A stretch of DNA of 64,000 bases from Candidatus Segatella caccae (lineage in GTDB: Bacteria > Bacteroidota > Bacteroidia > Bacteroidales > Bacteroidaceae). Position 1 is the stretch's first letter. Every line of letters starts with the position of its first letter. This document shows positions 60,704-64,000 of the stretch, one piece after another. Both the position numbers and the translations under genes were made by a program. The stretch lies in NCBI GenBank assembly GCA_900556395.1, contig USOQ01000002.1, forward strand, positions 219-64,218, given 5' to 3'. The notes beneath the pieces are model-generated. The model had not been told where the DNA came from, did not search any database, and was given only the letters and a program-made list of their open reading frames with translations.

Positions 60704-60977
60704 CTAAGTCGTTATCAAATTTGCAAGAAATAGATTTTTATCTAAAAGAAATACGGATATAAGTTACTTATAGTCAAGTACTTATCTCCGTATTTTTCGT
60801 TTGGGGCGTTCTTGATGCAAGGAATAGGCTGATATTTACTGGTCATCGACTGGTCTACGTATACCCTCTCCCCTTAACTCACTGAAAGCCAATCTATTTT
60901 ATCCATTCTGACAATAATTATTAAATTTAGGGTGTGTTATCAAAATGTTATCAACTCCGTAAAATTATGTTATCAAA

Positions 60978-61100
60978 ATGGCTAGTATTAATTTAAGCTT
61001 CGTTCACAATCGGTTGAAAAGAGCAACGTCACAGAAACCAGTTTCCATCGAATTGCGAATTACGTCCCGACGTAGCATCGGATACGTCCTGATGCAGTAA
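60978..61100 (+). pseudogene. 5' remnant of a tyrosine integrase (arm-binding domain)
   Basis: MASINLSFVHNRLKRATSQKPVSIELRIT resembles the N-terminus of Bacteroidales integrases; downstream of tRNA; frame runs into a repeat array and stops at 40 aa. Confidence 0.6.
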
Positions 61101-61140
61101 GAGATGCATCCCGACGTAATACAAGATACATCGGGATGTA
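61061..61140. repeat. Four imperfect 14-bp palindromes at 22-bp period
   Basis: TACGTCCCGACGTA 61061, TACGTCCTGATGCA 61083, TGCATCCCGACGTA 61105, TACATCGGGATGTA 61127. Confidence 0.9.
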
Positions 61141-61247
61141 ATTTCAGAAGCAGTGTGATTCCTAAAATGAACCTTAAAACACAAACGACTATGATTAATT
61201 ACAGCGTAAAAAAAGCCAGACATTATAAGTATTTGCAGATTTCTTTG

Positions 61248-61255
61248 TACCTTTG
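61248..61255 (+). promoter_or_regulatory. -7 promoter element TACCTTTG for hrpB
   Basis: TAnnTTTG consensus. Confidence 0.55.
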
Positions 61256-61362
61256 CAAACACATTGTTCAAGAATAGCATCAAACGCTATTTCAAAACAT
61301 ATCGAACACCGTTAAAAATAAGATTTAAGGAATTATCAAGAAGTAAGAATATTTAAAACTAT

Positions 61363-63942
61363 ATGAATACAGATAGACTTTTCAGTCAGACAAAACATTT
61401 ACCCGCATACCAGATTGCCGATTCTGTGAATCAGAAATTGACAGAATCATCTAATCTTGTCATAACAGCGCCCCCTGGTGCCGGTAAATCAACCTTGCTG
61501 CCACTTACCATTCTCAACGGATGTAAAGGCAAGATTCTCATGCTGGAACCGCGCCGATTGGCAGCCCGTCAAATTGCCGAACGAATGGCAAGCATTTTGG
61601 GTGAGTCTGTCGGTAAGACGATTGGCTATCGCATACGCTTTGAAAACAAGACGTCTGCTGATACTCGCATCGAAGTTCTCACCGAAGGAATCCTCACGCG
61701 TATGCTGGTGAATGACCCCACACTGGATGGCGTCAGCATCATCATCTTTGACGAATTTCATGAACGAAGCATCAATTCCGACCTTGCGCTTGCATTAGCC
61801 CGACAAGCTCAGGAGATTATCCGACCTGATTTAAAGATGGTTATCATGTCTGCAACGATTGATACAACCGCCATTTGCCAAACGCTCCGAGCACCACTCA
61901 TAGAAAGCCAAGGTAAGATGTTTCCGGTAGAAACCGTCTATGCAGCCGATGATGTCAACGCATATGATATGGTTCAGGAAATGGTTGCCACGATTGTCAG
62001 GGCCCATCACGATCATCAAGGCGATATTCTGGCGTTTCTTCCTGGCCAGGGAGAAATCCTGAAATGCGAAGAAATGTTAAACGGAATAATAGCCAAGGCT
62101 GATGATTCTTCTGCTGATAATATGTGGACAGCCACAACCGTCTATCCGCTTTACGGCAATCTCTCTCCGGAGAAACAGCGAAGCGCCATTGCTCCCTCAC
62201 AGGAAGGAAGCCGAAAAATCGTTCTTGCTACCCCTATCGCTGAAACTTCGCTTACTATTGAGGGCGTGAGAATCGTGGTTGATTCCGGACTCTGCAGAAA
62301 GCTGGTCTATGATAACCGAACCGGACTCAGCCATCTGAAGACTGTACGAATCAGCAAGGATATGGCTACCCAGCGAAGAGGTCGTGCCGGACGAGTAGCT
62401 GAAGGCATCTGCTACCGTCTCTGGACGCAGACCTCAGAACATCTGATGGAAGATCAGCGACGTCCTGAAATCGAAGATGCTGATCTCTCTTCAATGGTTT
62501 TGGATATTGCTGCTTTTGGAGAAAACAAGCCAGAATGCCTGCCCTGGTTCACGCTTCCACCTACCGCTAATCTGCTGTCTGCAAAGAATTTACTCGTTTC
62601 TCTCAAAGCCATTCATGAAGATGGAAACATCACAGCTCTGGGCAAGAAAATGGCATCCCTACCCTGTCATCCCCGCATTGCCCGCATGATGCTGAACAGA
62701 AATTCCGCAGCATTGGCTTGCGACATTGCAGCTCTATTGGAAGAGAAAGACCCGATGAGCGAATCTTCTGATACGGATATTGCATTACGAATATCCATCC
62801 TCCGTTCTCTACGCAGGAAATCAAATCTGGGAAGATGGAACCGCATCGCACAGATAGCGCAGGAATACCGCAGAATGCTCAGAATCAAGGAAGATAACGG
62901 AGAGGTAGATGCGGAAGAAGTGGGCAGTCTGATAGCCCAGGCTTATCCGGAGCGCATCGCCAGGGCGTTGGATAATATTGGCAATTTCCGCATGGCAAAC
63001 GGCAATACGGTCTTCATTGACAAATCTGATGCGATGTCTGCACAGGAATGGATAGCCATCGCTTCGCTCAATTCTGCCAGCTGCAACGAATCTGCATCCG
63101 GCAAATCTGTTTCCACTAAATCTACTTCCGGTAACGATACCGGTGGCAAAGGAAAGGTTTTTCTCTGCGCACCTGTCGCAGTCAGAGACCTGCCATATAC
63201 AGAGGTAGAAAACATCTCCTGGGACAGTAAGGCAGGAATGGTAAAGATGCAGATGGAACACCGCATAGGTAAGCTGGTGATAGACAGTAAGCCGATTCAG
63301 AAAGCAGATAAGCAACGGCTCATTGATATTATCTGCACCGCAGCCAGAAAAGACGGACTCAGTATGTTCGACTGGAACGAAAACATACAGCGCCTTCAGC
63401 GACGTGTAGCGAAAGTGAGCGAATGGCATCCCGAACTGGAGATACCCGATTTTTCTACAGAAAAACTTCTGTCAGCCGCTGCCGACTGGCTCCCCTTCTA
63501 TCTGGAGGATGCAGGGCGAGTGATGACAAGTATCAGCGAAATGAAGAAAATCAATCTTGAGGAAGCTTTGTGGGCACTCATCCCATACGACAAGCAGCAG
63601 GAGATAGAACGCCTCGCCCCTACCCACCTTCGTGTACCTTCGGGCAGCAACATCCGCATCGACTACCGCCAGGGCGCTGAAGCCCCTATTCTAAGTGTGC
63701 GTCTGCAGGAATGTTTCGGAATGACAGAAACTCCTACGGTCAATGATGGCAAGCAGCCGCTGCTGATGGAATTACTCTCACCAGGTTTTAAGCCGGTGCA
63801 GTTGACGCAGGATCTCCACAGTTTCTGGGAAGGAACCTACTTCGAAGTACGTAAGGAGCTCAAGCGCCGATACCCCAAGCATTATTGGCCAGATAATCCG
63901 CTGGAAAGCGAAGCAGTGAGAGGAGTAAAGAAGAATAAATAG
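61363..63942 (+). CDS. hrpB: ATP-dependent RNA helicase HrpB
   Basis: APPGAGKST, DEFHER, MSAT, QRRGRAGR, VRLQECFG, RYPKHYWP. Confidence 0.93.
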   Translation: MNTDRLFSQTKHLPAYQIADSVNQKLTESSNLVITAPPGAGKSTLLPLTILNGCKGKILMLEPRRLAARQIAERMASILGESVGKTIGYRIRFENKTSADTRIEVLTEGILTRMLVNDPTLDGVSIIIFDEFHERSINSDLALALARQAQEIIRPDLKMVIMSATIDTTAICQTLRAPLIESQGKMFPVETVYAADDVNAYDMVQEMVATIVRAHHDHQGDILAFLPGQGEILKCEEMLNGIIAKADDSSADNMWTATTVYPLYGNLSPEKQRSAIAPSQEGSRKIVLATPIAETSLTIEGVRIVVDSGLCRKLVYDNRTGLSHLKTVRISKDMATQRRGRAGRVAEGICYRLWTQTSEHLMEDQRRPEIEDADLSSMVLDIAAFGENKPECLPWFTLPPTANLLSAKNLLVSLKAIHEDGNITALGKKMASLPCHPRIARMMLNRNSAALACDIAALLEEKDPMSESSDTDIALRISILRSLRRKSNLGRWNRIAQIAQEYRRMLRIKEDNGEVDAEEVGSLIAQAYPERIARALDNIGNFRMANGNTVFIDKSDAMSAQEWIAIASLNSASCNESASGKSVSTKSTSGNDTGGKGKVFLCAPVAVRDLPYTEVENISWDSKAGMVKMQMEHRIGKLVIDSKPIQKADKQRLIDIICTAARKDGLSMFDWNENIQRLQRRVAKVSEWHPELEIPDFSTEKLLSAAADWLPFYLEDAGRVMTSISEMKKINLEEALWALIPYDKQQEIERLAPTHLRVPSGSNIRIDYRQGAEAPILSVRLQECFGMTETPTVNDGKQPLLMELLSPGFKPVQLTQDLHSFWEGTYFEVRKELKRRYPKHYWPDNPLESEAVRGVKKNK

Positions 63943-64000
63943 AAAATAAGAGAATTAATAAGAGAAAACAAAAGAAACAAAAAGAGAAATTAAAAGAGAA

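Noticed and set aside
60405..60762. ORFs overlapping tRNA-Arg
   Set aside because: Artefacts of the tRNA sequence.
63940..64000. Purine-rich AAGAGAA low-complexity tract
   Set aside because: Truncated by the window edge; cannot be interpreted.

Overview
Mostly core chromosome of a Prevotellaceae (Prevotella/Segatella-like) Bacteroidota genome. This is inferred from TAnnTTTG promoters, the Bacteroidota gene set and the serine palmitoyltransferase. The window holds about 50 intact housekeeping CDSs (ilvC end, recQ, recJ, trmD, panCD, pheS, murB, mtaB, rpoD, degP, gdhA, tgt, lon, spt, metA, hrpB and several peptidases), RNase P RNA and tRNA-Arg(TCT). Less ordinary items: (1) a PqqD/RRE protein, a soluble S24/S26 peptidase and an HPr-kinase-like P-loop protein together at 33.7-35.4 kb, resembling a peptide-maturation toolkit with no precursor or cyclase nearby; (2) five co-oriented copies of a dispersed MITE-like repeat; (3) two unrelated arrays with identical geometry (four 14-bp palindromes at 22-bp period) plus a GTTGAC array at exact 32-bp period; (4) a decayed integrase with putative arm-type sites just after tRNA-Arg; (5) several sub-60-aa ORFs missed by the ORF track, including a minimal delta-like subunit in a carboxyltransferase operon lacking the Na+-pump beta subunit. 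All family assignments come from motif recognition by eye, not from database searches.
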